Shown: positions 1 to 9,542 of the stretch, piece after piece | How positions within the stretch are numbered: position 1 is the stretch's first letter | Layout of the letters: the number at the start of each line of letters is the position of its first letter | Assembly: GCA_038060895.1 (NCBI GenBank) | Contig: JBBTCT010000022.1 | Coordinates: forward strand, 224,001 to 288,000 | Direction of reading: 5' to 3' | Source of the DNA: Planctomycetota bacterium | Lineage (GTDB): Bacteria > Planctomycetota > MHYJ01 > WSZJ01 | Length of the DNA: 64,000 nt | Translations under genes and position numbers: made by a program | Notes under the pieces: generated by a model | What the model was told of the DNA's origin: nothing | Databases searched by the model: none | Seen by the model: the letters and a program-made list of their open reading frames with translations, nothing else

Positions 1-1
1 C

Positions 2-3000
2 GAGGACGTGGCGCTCGAGATCACGATTGCCGCGACGAAGGGGCTGGCGGCGGCGCACGACAAGGGGATCATTCACCGGGACGTGAAGCCGGACAACATC
101 CTGATCCCGGAGGGAGACTTCGAGGGCGCGAAATTGGCGGATCTCGGGCTCGCGAAGCCCGAAGGCTCCATGCAGACGTTCGGGACGCTGTCGAACGTCG
201 CGATGGGAACGCCGGGGTTCATGGCGCCGGAGCAGGCGGAGAACGCGAAGTCGGCGGGCCCCGCCGCGGACGTCTTCGCGATGGGCGCCACCTTTTACGC
301 CCTCCTGATGGGCGGCCCGCCGTTCCGCGGATCGAGCCTCGTCGCCGTGATCCGAGCCGCCATGGAAGAAGACCATCCGCCGCTGCCGGACACCGTGAGC
401 GGCGGCATCCGCTGGGTGATCGACCGCTGCCTCTGCAAGAACCCGAAGGACCGCTTCCGCGACGGCTCGGAACTGCTCGCGGCGCTTCTGCGCGTGCAGA
501 AGAACCCGAATGCCACGATGGCGAAGCAGCGGAGCGTGGTGGAGCACATTCCGGAAAAGAAGCGGAGCAAGGCGCCGCTCTGGGCGGGGGCGACGTTGCT
601 GGCCGCGGGGCTGCTGGTTGCGGGGTTCTGGTACCTGAGGCACCGCAGGGGCAACGAAGCGCCGCCGGAGCCGCCGCGGGACATGGCGGCAGAGAAGCTC
701 GACGAGCTTTTCGCGCAGGCCGCGAAGCAGGAAACGGCGGGGAGGCACGAGGACGCGCTCTCGACGCTGACGCGGGTTGCGGCGTACGCGCCCGACGACC
801 GGCGGCTGAGGGAGATGCGGGAGAGGATCGGCGAGAAGATCGTCGCGGCAAAGGCCGCTTCCGAAAAGTCCGCCTCTTACCGCTCGTACCTGCCGGCGGC
901 CGATGCGACGCGGCTGGCGGCCGACGCGGCGGACACGGTCGAGCTGTGGGACAAGATGCTGGAGGCCTGCGCGAAGCTCGAGCCCTCGGCACAGACGGAT
1001 ACGGAAAAGCAGATGGTGGGGCAGATGAAGTCGGAAGCGACGCAGCGGCGTCACTGGGCGGCGGCGCGGGTGGCGGAAAAGGGAGGGGACCTGGCGGGGG
1101 CGCTTGAACTGGCGCGGAAGGCCGCGGCGTCGGGGGGCCCGAAGAACGATTTTCTCGACGCGTACATCGCTGCGATCGAACTGAAGGCGAAGGAGACGGA
1201 AGGGAAGCTCCGCAAGAAGAAGGAATTCGACGCGGCGGTGGCGGCGGCGGAGCGCGAGCCGGACGTCATGAAGGCGCGCGCGCTCTGGACGACCGCGGTC
1301 GGGCTCGCGGAGGATCCCGCGGACCTCAGCCGCGCCCAACTGAAACTGCGGGAGGTCACCGACCGGCTGCAGGGCGCCGAGCGCGACACGCTCTTCGACG
1401 CCGCGATGCGCGAAGGCAACGAGGCGCTCTCCTCCGGAAACCTTGACGCGGCCGCGAAGCGATTCCAGGACGCGCTGGATCTGAAGCCGGACGAACCGAA
1501 GGCGCTGGAGATGCAGCGTGCGGTGGCGGACCGGAGGGTGGCGAAGGAGTGGGAAGCGGTGCTGAAGGAGATCGAAGCGGCGAAAAAGGGCGGGGACCCG
1601 GCCGTATTGAAGCTGGCCTACCGGAAGGCACTGGCGTTGAAGGACGACCGGGACATCGCCCGGGCGCTGACGGAGCTCGAGAGCGAAGACACGGCCATCA
1701 AGCCGAAGGTCTCCGGCGACCGGATCGAGGCCGTCCTCGACGCCGGGAGCGGGGTGAAGATGGAGTTCGTAAAGGTCAAGCCGGGAACGTTCACGCTTGG
1801 GGCCTCCTCGGACGCCAGAAAGGTCATCCTGACGCGGGAATTCTTCATACAGTCCACCGAAGTGACGCAGGACCAGTGGGCCGCGATCATGGGGACCAAC
1901 CCTTCGTACTTCCGCGGGGGCAACCTCCCCGTCGAGCAGATCAGCTGGTACGACGCGATCGAATTCATCGAACGGCTCAATCTCCGCCTCGCCGGCTGGT
2001 CGGCAGCTCTTCCGTCAGTCGCGCAGTGGGAGTGCGCCTGCCGGGCGGGGTCAAAGTGGGACTGGGGCGCGGCCGAATCGCAGGAAGCGCTTGCCGAATT
2101 CGCGTGGCTCCCGAAGAACTCGGGCGAGAAGACGCATCCGGTGGGCGCGCTGAAGCCGAACGCCTGGGGGCTGTTCGACATGCAGGGGAACATCTGGGAA
2201 TTCTGCTGGGACTGGATGGCGCCCGTTCCGTCGACGCCGGAGCTGACCGATCCGGTCGGGCCTGCGTCGGGGACTCTCAAACACATCCGCGGCGGCTGCT
2301 ACAACGACGGAAACGCCGCCACCCCCGCGACGCGCAGCGAGGCCGATCCCCGCAAGCGCGTCGGGAGCGTCGGGTTCCGCATGATCCTGGTGCCTGGGAA
2401 GGAAGGCAATCCGCACCTGAAGCGGATGTCGGTGATGCTCGACGAATCGAAGAAGCTGCGGATGGACTTCGTCCACATCCGTTCCGGGAAGTTCGTGGCC
2501 GGCGCGCCCGGGAGCGTGAACCCCGACGCGGCCGCGCACTCCGTGACGATCACGGAGGACTACTGGATCTCCACGACGGAGACGACGCAGGCGCAGTGGG
2601 AGTCGATCGTCGGCCGGAAGACGTTTTCACGCCGGGCCGCGGACCTGCCCGCCGACACGCTGAGCTGGAACGATCTCCAGGATTTCACGAGGCGGCTCGC
2701 GTCGAAGACCGGCAAGCTCAAACCCGCTCTTCCGACGGAAGCCGAGTGGGAGTACGCCTGCCGGGGAGGCGCATCGAGCGTCTACCAGAGCGGCGACACG
2801 CTCGACCGCATTGGCGAGTTCGCGTGGCATGCGGCAAACGCGAAGGAAGCGCAGACGGTCGGGAAACTCCGGCCGAATTCCTGGGGCCTCTACGACATGG
2901 CCGGCAACGTCCGCGAGTGGTGCTCCGACTGGTACGCGCCGTACAGCGGCGACGCGACGGACCCGCACGGGCCGGACAAAGGGACCGAGCGGGTGATCCG

Positions 3001-3109
3001 CGGCGGCGCCTGGGACGAGCCGGCGTCGGCGACCGCTTCCGGCGCGCGCGCCCGGCTGGCGCCGGACAAGCGGATCCCGAACGTCGGGTTTCGCGTCGTG
3101 CTGCGGTAG
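2..3109 (+). CDS. Ser/Thr protein kinase (5'-partial) with TM helix, TPR-like region and two C-terminal FGE-sulfatase (SUMF1) domains
   Basis: HRDVKPDNIL, DLGLAK, GTPGFMAPEQ and DVFAMG kinase motifs; hydrophobic segment; two FGE modules (LPTEAEWEYACR, PNAWGLFDMQGNIWE, RGG..GFR). Frame is open to the window start. Confidence 0.92.
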   Translation, partial: EDVALEITIAATKGLAAAHDKGIIHRDVKPDNILIPEGDFEGAKLADLGLAKPEGSMQTFGTLSNVAMGTPGFMAPEQAENAKSAGPAADVFAMGATFYALLMGGPPFRGSSLVAVIRAAMEEDHPPLPDTVSGGIRWVIDRCLCKNPKDRFRDGSELLAALLRVQKNPNATMAKQRSVVEHIPEKKRSKAPLWAGATLLAAGLLVAGFWYLRHRRGNEAPPEPPRDMAAEKLDELFAQAAKQETAGRHEDALSTLTRVAAYAPDDRRLREMRERIGEKIVAAKAASEKSASYRSYLPAADATRLAADAADTVELWDKMLEACAKLEPSAQTDTEKQMVGQMKSEATQRRHWAAARVAEKGGDLAGALELARKAAASGGPKNDFLDAYIAAIELKAKETEGKLRKKKEFDAAVAAAEREPDVMKARALWTTAVGLAEDPADLSRAQLKLREVTDRLQGAERDTLFDAAMREGNEALSSGNLDAAAKRFQDALDLKPDEPKALEMQRAVADRRVAKEWEAVLKEIEAAKKGGDPAVLKLAYRKALALKDDRDIARALTELESEDTAIKPKVSGDRIEAVLDAGSGVKMEFVKVKPGTFTLGASSDARKVILTREFFIQSTEVTQDQWAAIMGTNPSYFRGGNLPVEQISWYDAIEFIERLNLRLAGWSAALPSVAQWECACRAGSKWDWGAAESQEALAEFAWLPKNSGEKTHPVGALKPNAWGLFDMQGNIWEFCWDWMAPVPSTPELTDPVGPASGTLKHIRGGCYNDGNAATPATRSEADPRKRVGSVGFRMILVPGKEGNPHLKRMSVMLDESKKLRMDFVHIRSGKFVAGAPGSVNPDAAAHSVTITEDYWISTTETTQAQWESIVGRKTFSRRAADLPADTLSWNDLQDFTRRLASKTGKLKPALPTEAEWEYACRGGASSVYQSGDTLDRIGEFAWHAANAKEAQTVGKLRPNSWGLYDMAGNVREWCSDWYAPYSGDATDPHGPDKGTERVIRGGAWDEPASATASGARARLAPDKRIPNVGFRVVLR

Positions 3110-3146
3110 GCTTGCATGACCGCCGCCCGCGCCGCTGAACTGCCGG

Positions 3147-3395
3147 GTGCAGCTCGAAACTTCTGCAGTGCGTCAGTTCGAGGCGCTCGAAGCGGCGGCG
3201 AAGGCGCGCATCAGCGACGCCATCGACGATCTTGCGGGGAATCCCAGGCCCGCGGGCGCGAAGAAGCTCGCGGGTACGACCGGGTACCGTGTCCGGACGG
3301 GGGATTGGCGCATTCTCTACACCGTGGACGATCCCGTCCGGCTGGTCCGCGTCTATCGCATCGGGAACCGACGGGACGCGCACAGAAACCTTTAA
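3147..3395 (+). CDS. RelE/ParE family toxin, no adjacent antitoxin seen
   Basis: NPRPAGAKKLAG..YRVRTGDWRILYTVDD..VYRIGNRRD is typical RelE/StbE. Confidence 0.85.
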   Translation: MQLETSAVRQFEALEAAAKARISDAIDDLAGNPRPAGAKKLAGTTGYRVRTGDWRILYTVDDPVRLVRVYRIGNRRDAHRNL

Positions 3396-3646
3396 GCCAC
3401 GTGCTCCACCATCCGCCGCGCCGCCGGCGCCGCGAGGTGCCGCGGGTAGCCGCCCTTCCGCAGAATCGCCCTCATGGCCACGTCGCACTCCCCGGGCAGC
3501 ATGACGCCCGAAACCGCGTCGCGAGCCGCTTCGGCGAGCCGCGCTGCGATGAGGCGAAGCAGGTCCTCGCCGAGCGTCGAAACTTCCGGCGCGAACGGGT
3601 CCAGCAGGTCGAAAATCGCGGACTCGAGTTCGGTCATCGCGGACAC
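3392..3646 (-). CDS. Small protein resembling the C-terminal domain of type I restriction HsdR (DUF3387-like)
   Basis: LGEDLLRLIA..L....R ... ILRKGGYP resembles the HsdR C-terminal LGDxxLxxIA..ILRKYGYP pattern (recalled, not searched). Confidence 0.5.
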   Translation of the reverse strand: MSAMTELESAIFDLLDPFAPEVSTLGEDLLRLIAARLAEAARDAVSGVMLPGECDVAMRAILRKGGYPRHLAAPAARRMVEHVA

Positions 3647-3721
3647 TCCGATGGATTGCGGCTGATCTCCTATCGGTTCAAATCCGCGCCAGCTTGAGGG
3701 GAAAAACCGGCTTGAGACGAC

Positions 3722-4201
3722 TCAGGCCATTCGAAGAGCCGACTCGAGCCGGTGAAGCCATCCCTTCAGGTCAATGGAGACGCCTCGGGCCGCGAACTCC
3801 AGCAATGCCGCGATCCGGTCGAGCAGCACCGGGACGTGAAGCCGCGTCAGCGTCTCTTCGTCCTCGGATTCGCACATGAGCCACTCGTACCCGCGTTCGT
3901 AGACGTAACCCATCCCGCATCCCGGGCAGCGGATCTCCTCGTAACAGCGGCTGTTCCCGCGCAGCCCCGGCGGGATGATCCGGGAGCACCCGGCGGGCAG
4001 CGACCCGGGATTCGAACTCCTCGATAGCACCGCGCTCGAATCCGGGACGTCGCGGCAGACGGCACAGGTCGCGGAAACGGGCGCCGCCTCGATGCGGGAA
4101 GCGCGGAAGGCGACGAGCGCCGCGCGCGCTTCCTCGACGGCCGGCGGATCGGGTCTGCGGATGACAGCATGAAGGGCGTCCAGCAGGCGGATCTGAGTCA
4201 T
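3722..4201 (-). CDS. Hypothetical protein with two CxxC motifs
   Basis: 159-aa ORF containing CAVC and CPGC; possible Zn binding. Confidence 0.6.
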   Translation of the reverse strand: MTQIRLLDALHAVIRRPDPPAVEEARAALVAFRASRIEAAPVSATCAVCRDVPDSSAVLSRSSNPGSLPAGCSRIIPPGLRGNSRCYEEIRCPGCGMGYVYERGYEWLMCESEDEETLTRLHVPVLLDRIAALLEFAARGVSIDLKGWLHRLESALRMA

Positions 4202-4285
4202 GGCGTGTCCGGTTCTCGCGCGTGGACCGCGCCGACGCCGGACATGCTGAAGCTGAGGATGGCAACGCGGGTCATGATCGCGGCT

Positions 4286-4531
4286 TCAGGCGGGCGGAAG
4301 CGACTTGTGCGACCCATCGCAGAGGTGGCCGTTCTTCGAGTGCTTGCACATACAGAGGGCGACGCGCTCCTTCGCCGTGATCGTGAACACCTTCGGCGTG
4401 AAGATCGAGCCCTTGTGGGACCCGTCGCAGTACGGCTGCTTCTGTGAGGACCCGCACGAGCACCACGCGTAGGTTCCGGGGTCGACTTCGGCCACGGCGG
4501 GACGGCGATCGGCGATTTTCGGGTCGGGCAT
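4286..4531 (-). CDS. CDGSH iron-sulfur domain protein (two CDGSH motifs)
   Basis: WCSCGSSQKQPYCDGSH and LCMCKHSKNGHLCDGSH; ATG at 4531. Confidence 0.92.
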   Translation of the reverse strand: MPDPKIADRRPAVAEVDPGTYAWCSCGSSQKQPYCDGSHKGSIFTPKVFTITAKERVALCMCKHSKNGHLCDGSHKSLPPA

Positions 4532-4705
4532 GGCGCGTTCTCCCGCAATTTGGGTTGCCGGAATCGTAGTGCCGGCGGGGTCGCTGCGATAGGGGGATGA
4601 AGCGGGCGCGGCAGGCCCGGCAATTTCGGCGCGTGGCCCGGTGCCGCGGCCGTAGTGCAGGGCGCCCGCTTGCCGGGCCCCCCTGGACGGACTATCGTTG
4701 GCCGC

Positions 4706-5185
4706 ATGACAAAGCGCGCCGTGCCGGTTCTTACCCTGATCTTCGCCGCCTGCATGCCGGCCACTCCGCCGCAGGCGAAGGTCACGATGGCGATTTCCGT
4801 GCGCGTTTCGGAGAACGCGGACGTCGCGGCCGTCTCCGTGAACGGCCAGCCGCGCGGGAAGACGCCGCTCGAGCTCGACGCACTGACGCTGCCGTTTGAC
4901 GCGGCGATCAAGCCCAGGTCCTGGCCTCCGCCCGGCGCGCAGGTCTTCTCGCCCACGAGCACAACCCACGGCAAACAGGAGTCGAGCTTCGCCCTCGCCA
5001 TCGCCGGCGACATCGTCTACGTCCGCACGCTCCTCCACGGCGCTGAGACGATCGGCGCCGTCCGTCTCTCGGTTGCCGGCGCCAACGGCGCTTCGCTCGA
5101 GTTCGACAGCGCCGAGAAGGAACTGAACTCCTCCATCGGCCGCGCGGAGCACAAAGTCCGGCTGTACTACAAGGCACGCAAGTAG
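4706..5185 (+). CDS. Putative lipoprotein with PEGA-like segment
   Basis: Signal peptide ending FAAC; VSVNGQPRGKTPL is PEGA-like. Confidence 0.6.
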   Translation: MTKRAVPVLTLIFAACMPATPPQAKVTMAISVRVSENADVAAVSVNGQPRGKTPLELDALTLPFDAAIKPRSWPPPGAQVFSPTSTTHGKQESSFALAIAGDIVYVRTLLHGAETIGAVRLSVAGANGASLEFDSAEKELNSSIGRAEHKVRLYYKARK

Positions 5186-5211
5186 ATTCCGGAAACTCTC
5201 GGAGGCACTTC

Positions 5212-5586
5212 ATGAAGAAACTCGCGCTTCTTGTCCCCGTGGCCTTCCTCTCCCTCGCCTGCGGCGCAGCCCCCGGCTACCTCAACACCGACGTCATGGC
5301 CCCCGAAAACCTCGGCAACCCCGTCGCCGCCGGCGTCCGCGTCCAGGGAGAACTCATGACGGACGGGACGCTCACCTGCCAGGGCGCAGGCGAAGTCCAC
5401 AAGGCGTACACCGACTACGTGGAAGCGATGCGCGGCCAGGGCTGGGAGCCGCGCTCGGCCGACGGCGACGACGTCAGCAGCATGAAGTGTTCGCTGAAGA
5501 AGGACACGCGGCAGGTGGACGTCGCGATCACCGCCGAGGGGAACGGGGCGATCAAGGTGGTCGTCACGGTGGGGACGGCGAAGTAG
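5212..5586 (+). CDS. Putative lipoprotein
   Basis: GGAGG RBS; MKK-hydrophobic-SLAC lipobox. Confidence 0.75.
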   Translation: MKKLALLVPVAFLSLACGAAPGYLNTDVMAPENLGNPVAAGVRVQGELMTDGTLTCQGAGEVHKAYTDYVEAMRGQGWEPRSADGDDVSSMKCSLKKDTRQVDVAITAEGNGAIKVVVTVGTAK

Positions 5587-5845
5587 GCTCGACCTTTGCC
5601 CTGAATCCTCGCCGCCCTCGCTATGGCCGCTTCGACCTGCTCCGCCGGCGAGTCTGAGAACGTGGTGCTCTGCGACTGCCAGTGGAAGAGCGAGGAGGTG
5701 CGCGCGTGTTGGCGGCAATTGGATTTCGGAGGGAAATCGAGCGCCGATTCCAGAGCGGCAGCAAGCTGCGGATCGGCAATTCCTGAGCAGTTGGCCGGAA
5801 GATGTTGGTCGCACTTCGATACTCGACCGATATCATCTAGAACTA

Positions 5846-7669
5846 ATGAGTTCTGCTTCCTGCGCTTGGCAAGGCTCTGTCTCTTCCTTCCTGGAAACTT
5901 CGGAGGAACGCGTCCTTTCCGATCTCACCGCGTTTCTGCGCGAAACCGGCGCGCCTCAGATCCTCGCCTGGGATCGCTCTCTCCGCGTCTTGCGAGACCA
6001 GCTCCATACGTGTATGCCCGACGCCTCGAACTTCGCACTCGTCCTCGAATTCGAACTTCCGCGAAGCGGTGGCAGGCGCCCGGACTTGATCGTTCTGGAG
6101 AACGGCCTCGTCCTCGTCATCGAATTCAAGAATCGCGTAACTGCGGAAGCGGCGGACCTCGCCCAGGTGAAGGGGTACGTGCGCGACCTCGAGGACTACC
6201 ACGCCGCTTGCCGCGGCAAGACGCTCGTTCCGATCCTCGTGCCGATCGGGATGGAAGGGGAGCCCGAGGAGCGTGACGGCGTGCGCGTCGTCCCGTCGCG
6301 TCTGTTAGGCAGGGTGATTCGCGAGATCTCCAAAGGCGGCGAGGGGAAGCGCGGCGACGGGGAAGCGTTCGTTCTGGCACCATTTGAGCCTCTCCCCGCT
6401 CTTGTCGACGCCGCACGCCTACTATTCGAGCGCAAGCCTCTCCCTCGTATCAGAGCTGCCGAATCGGCACGCATCCCGGCGACGGTGGCCCGCCTCGAGC
6501 GGCTCGCTCGAGAAGTGCGCGGCACCGGAAGGCGGTCGCTCGCGCTTGTCTCGGGAGTGCCGGGAAGTGGCAAGACGCTTGTGGGTCTTCAACTGGTGCA
6601 CTCGCGCGACCTCGGTGTCCCGGCGGTGTTCCTCTCCGGAAACGGGCCGCTCGTCAACGTTCTCCAGTACGTCCTGGAGAACAAAGAGTTCGTGCGCGAC
6701 ATGAAGAAATTCATTCACGACCACCTCGTGCGTACGACCTCGGCGCCGCGGGAACACGTCGTTGTGTTCGACGAAGCGCAGCGAGCGTGGGACCGAGACC
6801 GTGTGCTCAAGAAGCATCGCGGGGCACTGGCGGACGGCGAGCCGGCTCTTCTCGCGAGGATTGCGACCAAGGTGAGCGACGGATTTGTGCTTGTCGCCCT
6901 GATCGGGACAGGGCAGGAGATCCATGAGGGAGAAGAAGGCGGGATTGCCCAGTGGGTGGGCGCGCTGAAAGAGGTCGGCGGGTGGGATGTGCTTGGACCC
7001 CCCGGGTACCGGGAGGAATTCGTGAAGGCCGGAATCGAATACACGGCGGATGACCTGCTTCATCTCACGGTAGCGCTTCGGAGTCACAGGGCGTCCGACA
7101 CGGCTCTGTGGGCCGGGCTCCTTCTTGAAGGTCGCCTGACCGAAGCGGCGAGCGTCGCTGCCGGCATGCGCGACAACAATTTCGAGATTCTCGGTTCACG
7201 ATCGCTGAACGCTCTTCGCGACTATGCGCGTGAGCGATACAGCAATGAGTCCGGAAAGAGGTTTGGGCTGGTGACTTCGTCGAGATTCCGAAATATCGAC
7301 GAGTACGGAGTGCGAACGCCACCCGCGAAATTCTTTCCGCATGGGCCGTGGTATGAGAGCCATCGTGACGATCCGAAATCCTGTTGTCGCCTCGAGGTCG
7401 CCGAAACGGAATTTGGATGCCAAGGACTGGAGCTAGACTTTCCGATCGTCTGCTGGGGACCGGACCTTGTCTGGCGCGGAGCTCACTGGGAAGTGGTGAT
7501 CAAGCGACGGAATCCCGACGTAAGGAATCCGGCCAAGCTGAGGCTCAACGCATACCGAGTCCTCCTGACGCGCGGCCGAGACGGCATGGCCGTGTTTGTG
7601 CCTCCTGGCCAAGCCGGAGACGCAACCTGGAGTGCACTCTTGGCGGGCGGGATCCGCGAACTGGCTTAG
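5846..7669 (+). CDS. DUF2075-family nuclease-helicase (PD-(D/E)xK/NERD-like N-terminus plus Schlafen-group-3-like helicase)
   Basis: RRPDLIVL..VIEFK nuclease motif; GVPGSGKT Walker A; VVVFDEAQR; QGLELD; NAYRVLLTRGRDG. Confidence 0.85.
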   Translation: MSSASCAWQGSVSSFLETSEERVLSDLTAFLRETGAPQILAWDRSLRVLRDQLHTCMPDASNFALVLEFELPRSGGRRPDLIVLENGLVLVIEFKNRVTAEAADLAQVKGYVRDLEDYHAACRGKTLVPILVPIGMEGEPEERDGVRVVPSRLLGRVIREISKGGEGKRGDGEAFVLAPFEPLPALVDAARLLFERKPLPRIRAAESARIPATVARLERLAREVRGTGRRSLALVSGVPGSGKTLVGLQLVHSRDLGVPAVFLSGNGPLVNVLQYVLENKEFVRDMKKFIHDHLVRTTSAPREHVVVFDEAQRAWDRDRVLKKHRGALADGEPALLARIATKVSDGFVLVALIGTGQEIHEGEEGGIAQWVGALKEVGGWDVLGPPGYREEFVKAGIEYTADDLLHLTVALRSHRASDTALWAGLLLEGRLTEAASVAAGMRDNNFEILGSRSLNALRDYARERYSNESGKRFGLVTSSRFRNIDEYGVRTPPAKFFPHGPWYESHRDDPKSCCRLEVAETEFGCQGLELDFPIVCWGPDLVWRGAHWEVVIKRRNPDVRNPAKLRLNAYRVLLTRGRDGMAVFVPPGQAGDATWSALLAGGIRELA

Positions 7670-7674
7670 CGTTT

Positions 7675-8049
7675 TCAACCACGTTTTACAGTTCTTGCCG
7701 TCCGGACCCTGTGGACGACGGGAGGGGGGTCCGTTTTCGTGGCGTCGACTTGCCTGAACCTGCGTCGATCTCCTTTCGATTTCCTAGCCCAACTTTCGTC
7801 GGTCACCGACCAGTCGCCGTAGTACATGCCGTCGTAGTAGAGCAGGCACTCGCACGTCACCTGCAGGTCGGCGCTTGCGCACTCGTCTGGCTGCCCCTCA
7901 CCGTCGAGAGGACAGCACTTCAGGTCGCCCGCGTATGTCGTGTGGACGTAAGAGAGCGGACCGAGAATCGGGCCCTGTTCGCCCCAATCGTTGAGTTCTG
8001 ACCGATCGGTGGTCTCGGTTCCATGGAAGAGTTCGAGGTAGACGGGCAT
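7675..8049 (-). CDS. Hypothetical protein
   Basis: AAGGAGG RBS before the ATG; 124 aa. Confidence 0.7.
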   Translation of the reverse strand: MPVYLELFHGTETTDRSELNDWGEQGPILGPLSYVHTTYAGDLKCCPLDGEGQPDECASADLQVTCECLLYYDGMYYGDWSVTDESWARKSKGDRRRFRQVDATKTDPPPVVHRVRTARTVKRG

Positions 8050-8292
8050 GGAACCTCCTTGATCCGTGTGAGTTCAGAATTCCAATCGTGTGACATTGAT
8101 ACGTCCCGATCGAAAAACTCCTGGAGGAATTCCCAGGAATTCGGACAAGGTTCCACCGCGCCTGCCACCTCCTAGAACTCCTCAATGTGATTCCCCGTCC
8201 TCTTCCGCTTCACCCGGTCGAACTCCTTCACCGTCTTCGGGGATGAGGTCGAGGAACGCTTCCGATGCCACGACCTCGCGAGGCCGGGAGGA

Positions 8293-9111
8293 GTGGCGGG
8301 TTATCCTGCAACTATGCGAGCGCCGGCCCACTACGAATACACCGGCCTCATGGCCCAATCCTGGGACCTTCTCCGCGGCGACACTTCCGCCTGGCCCGAC
8401 CGTGCGTTCTACCTCGAGGTCATCCGCCGGCACGGGCAGCCGGTGCTGGATGTCGGGTGCGGGACGGGGCGGCTGCTGCTGGATTTTCTCGCGCAAGGGA
8501 TCGACGTGGACGGGGTGGACAACTCACCGGAGATGCTGGCGTTGTTGCGGGAGAAAGCTCGGGTGGCGGGACTGCAACCGCGCGTCTACGAGCAGCCGAT
8601 GGAAGCGCTCTCGCTGCCGCGGCGCTACCGGACGATTCTCATTCCGTCGAGCTCGCTTCAGCTGGTCACGGACGTCGCGGCGGCCGGAGCGGCGCTGCGC
8701 GGGATGCGGTCGCTTCTCCCGGAAGGCGGCGTCCTGGTCGCGCCGTTCATGACGCTCTGGCACGAAGGCCAGCCGCTGGAGTCGGGGCGCGAGACGAGGG
8801 CGGTGCGGCCGGCGGACGGGGCGGTTTTCCGGCGGATCGAGAAGTGCCGCTTCGACCCGGCGAATGGATGCGAGCACACGGAGGACCGGTATGAGGTGAT
8901 CGTGGACGGCCGCGTGGTCGGGGAGGAGACGCACCGGCGGTCGCCGGCGACGCGGTCGTACACGCAGGAGGAGGCGCGGCGGCTGTTTCTGGAAGCGGGG
9001 TTCGCGGAGGTGACGGTGACCAGCGGGTTCAGGTTGGTCGCCGCGAAGGCGGACGACCTGTTGTTCTGCGTGACCGCGCTGGATTCGAGGGCCCGTCCCG
9101 GGATAAGCTGA
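8293..9111 (+). CDS. Class I SAM-dependent methyltransferase
   Basis: VLDVGCGTGR, GVDNSPEML and LPEGGVL motifs. Start could be 8314. Confidence 0.9.
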   Translation: MAGYPATMRAPAHYEYTGLMAQSWDLLRGDTSAWPDRAFYLEVIRRHGQPVLDVGCGTGRLLLDFLAQGIDVDGVDNSPEMLALLREKARVAGLQPRVYEQPMEALSLPRRYRTILIPSSSLQLVTDVAAAGAALRGMRSLLPEGGVLVAPFMTLWHEGQPLESGRETRAVRPADGAVFRRIEKCRFDPANGCEHTEDRYEVIVDGRVVGEETHRRSPATRSYTQEEARRLFLEAGFAEVTVTSGFRLVAAKADDLLFCVTALDSRARPGIS

Positions 9112-9115
9112 ATCC

Positions 9116-9394
9116 ATGTCAACGCTTCCCGACCACGGCGACTTCTTCGTCAAAACCACGCTCAACGAAGACCTCAAGGCGATTCGCCAGGCCACCGAGA
9201 TGGCGAAGCAGAACCCCTCGAAGCCGGGGCACTACTGGCTGCGGGCGGTGATCAAGGGGGACGGGCCGGAAGGGAAGTTCGAGGTGATCAAGATGTATCA
9301 CGTGGACCTGAACGCGGGGATCGTGGAGATCACGGAGACGATGGAAGGCGAAGAGCGGGCGCGGCGGACGCGCAAGCTGGACGATCTGGGGTAG
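9116..9394 (+). CDS. Hypothetical protein
   Basis: 92-aa ORF with typical codon usage, directly after the methyltransferase. Confidence 0.7.
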   Translation: MSTLPDHGDFFVKTTLNEDLKAIRQATEMAKQNPSKPGHYWLRAVIKGDGPEGKFEVIKMYHVDLNAGIVEITETMEGEERARRTRKLDDLG

Positions 9395-9420
9395 GCTCGT
9401 TTGCGGCGAGGGTCGAAACG

Positions 9421-9489
9421 ATGGGCTATGACGAAAAGCTGGCCGGCCGGATTGCCGGGAAGCTCGACGGGAAGAAGCCTCGGAAGTGA
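9421..9489 (+). pseudogene. Remnant of a TfoX/Sxy-like gene (internal deletion)
   Basis: MGYDEKLAGRI matches the MAYDExLAxRI start of TfoX-N proteins, then jumps to a KKPRK* tail after 22 codons. Confidence 0.45.
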
Positions 9490-9542
9490 GCGGCCCGCGG
9501 AACCGATCAGGCTTTCGCCGCACGAGCCGCTAACATGAGGGC

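Noticed and set aside
2-3109. Diversity-generating retroelement targeting FGE domains
   Set aside because: No reverse transcriptase and no adenine-mismatched TR/VR pair found by eye in this window.
8182-8300. GNAT-like fragment (LLPASRGRGIGS) on the minus strand
   Set aside because: Too short to distinguish from chance.
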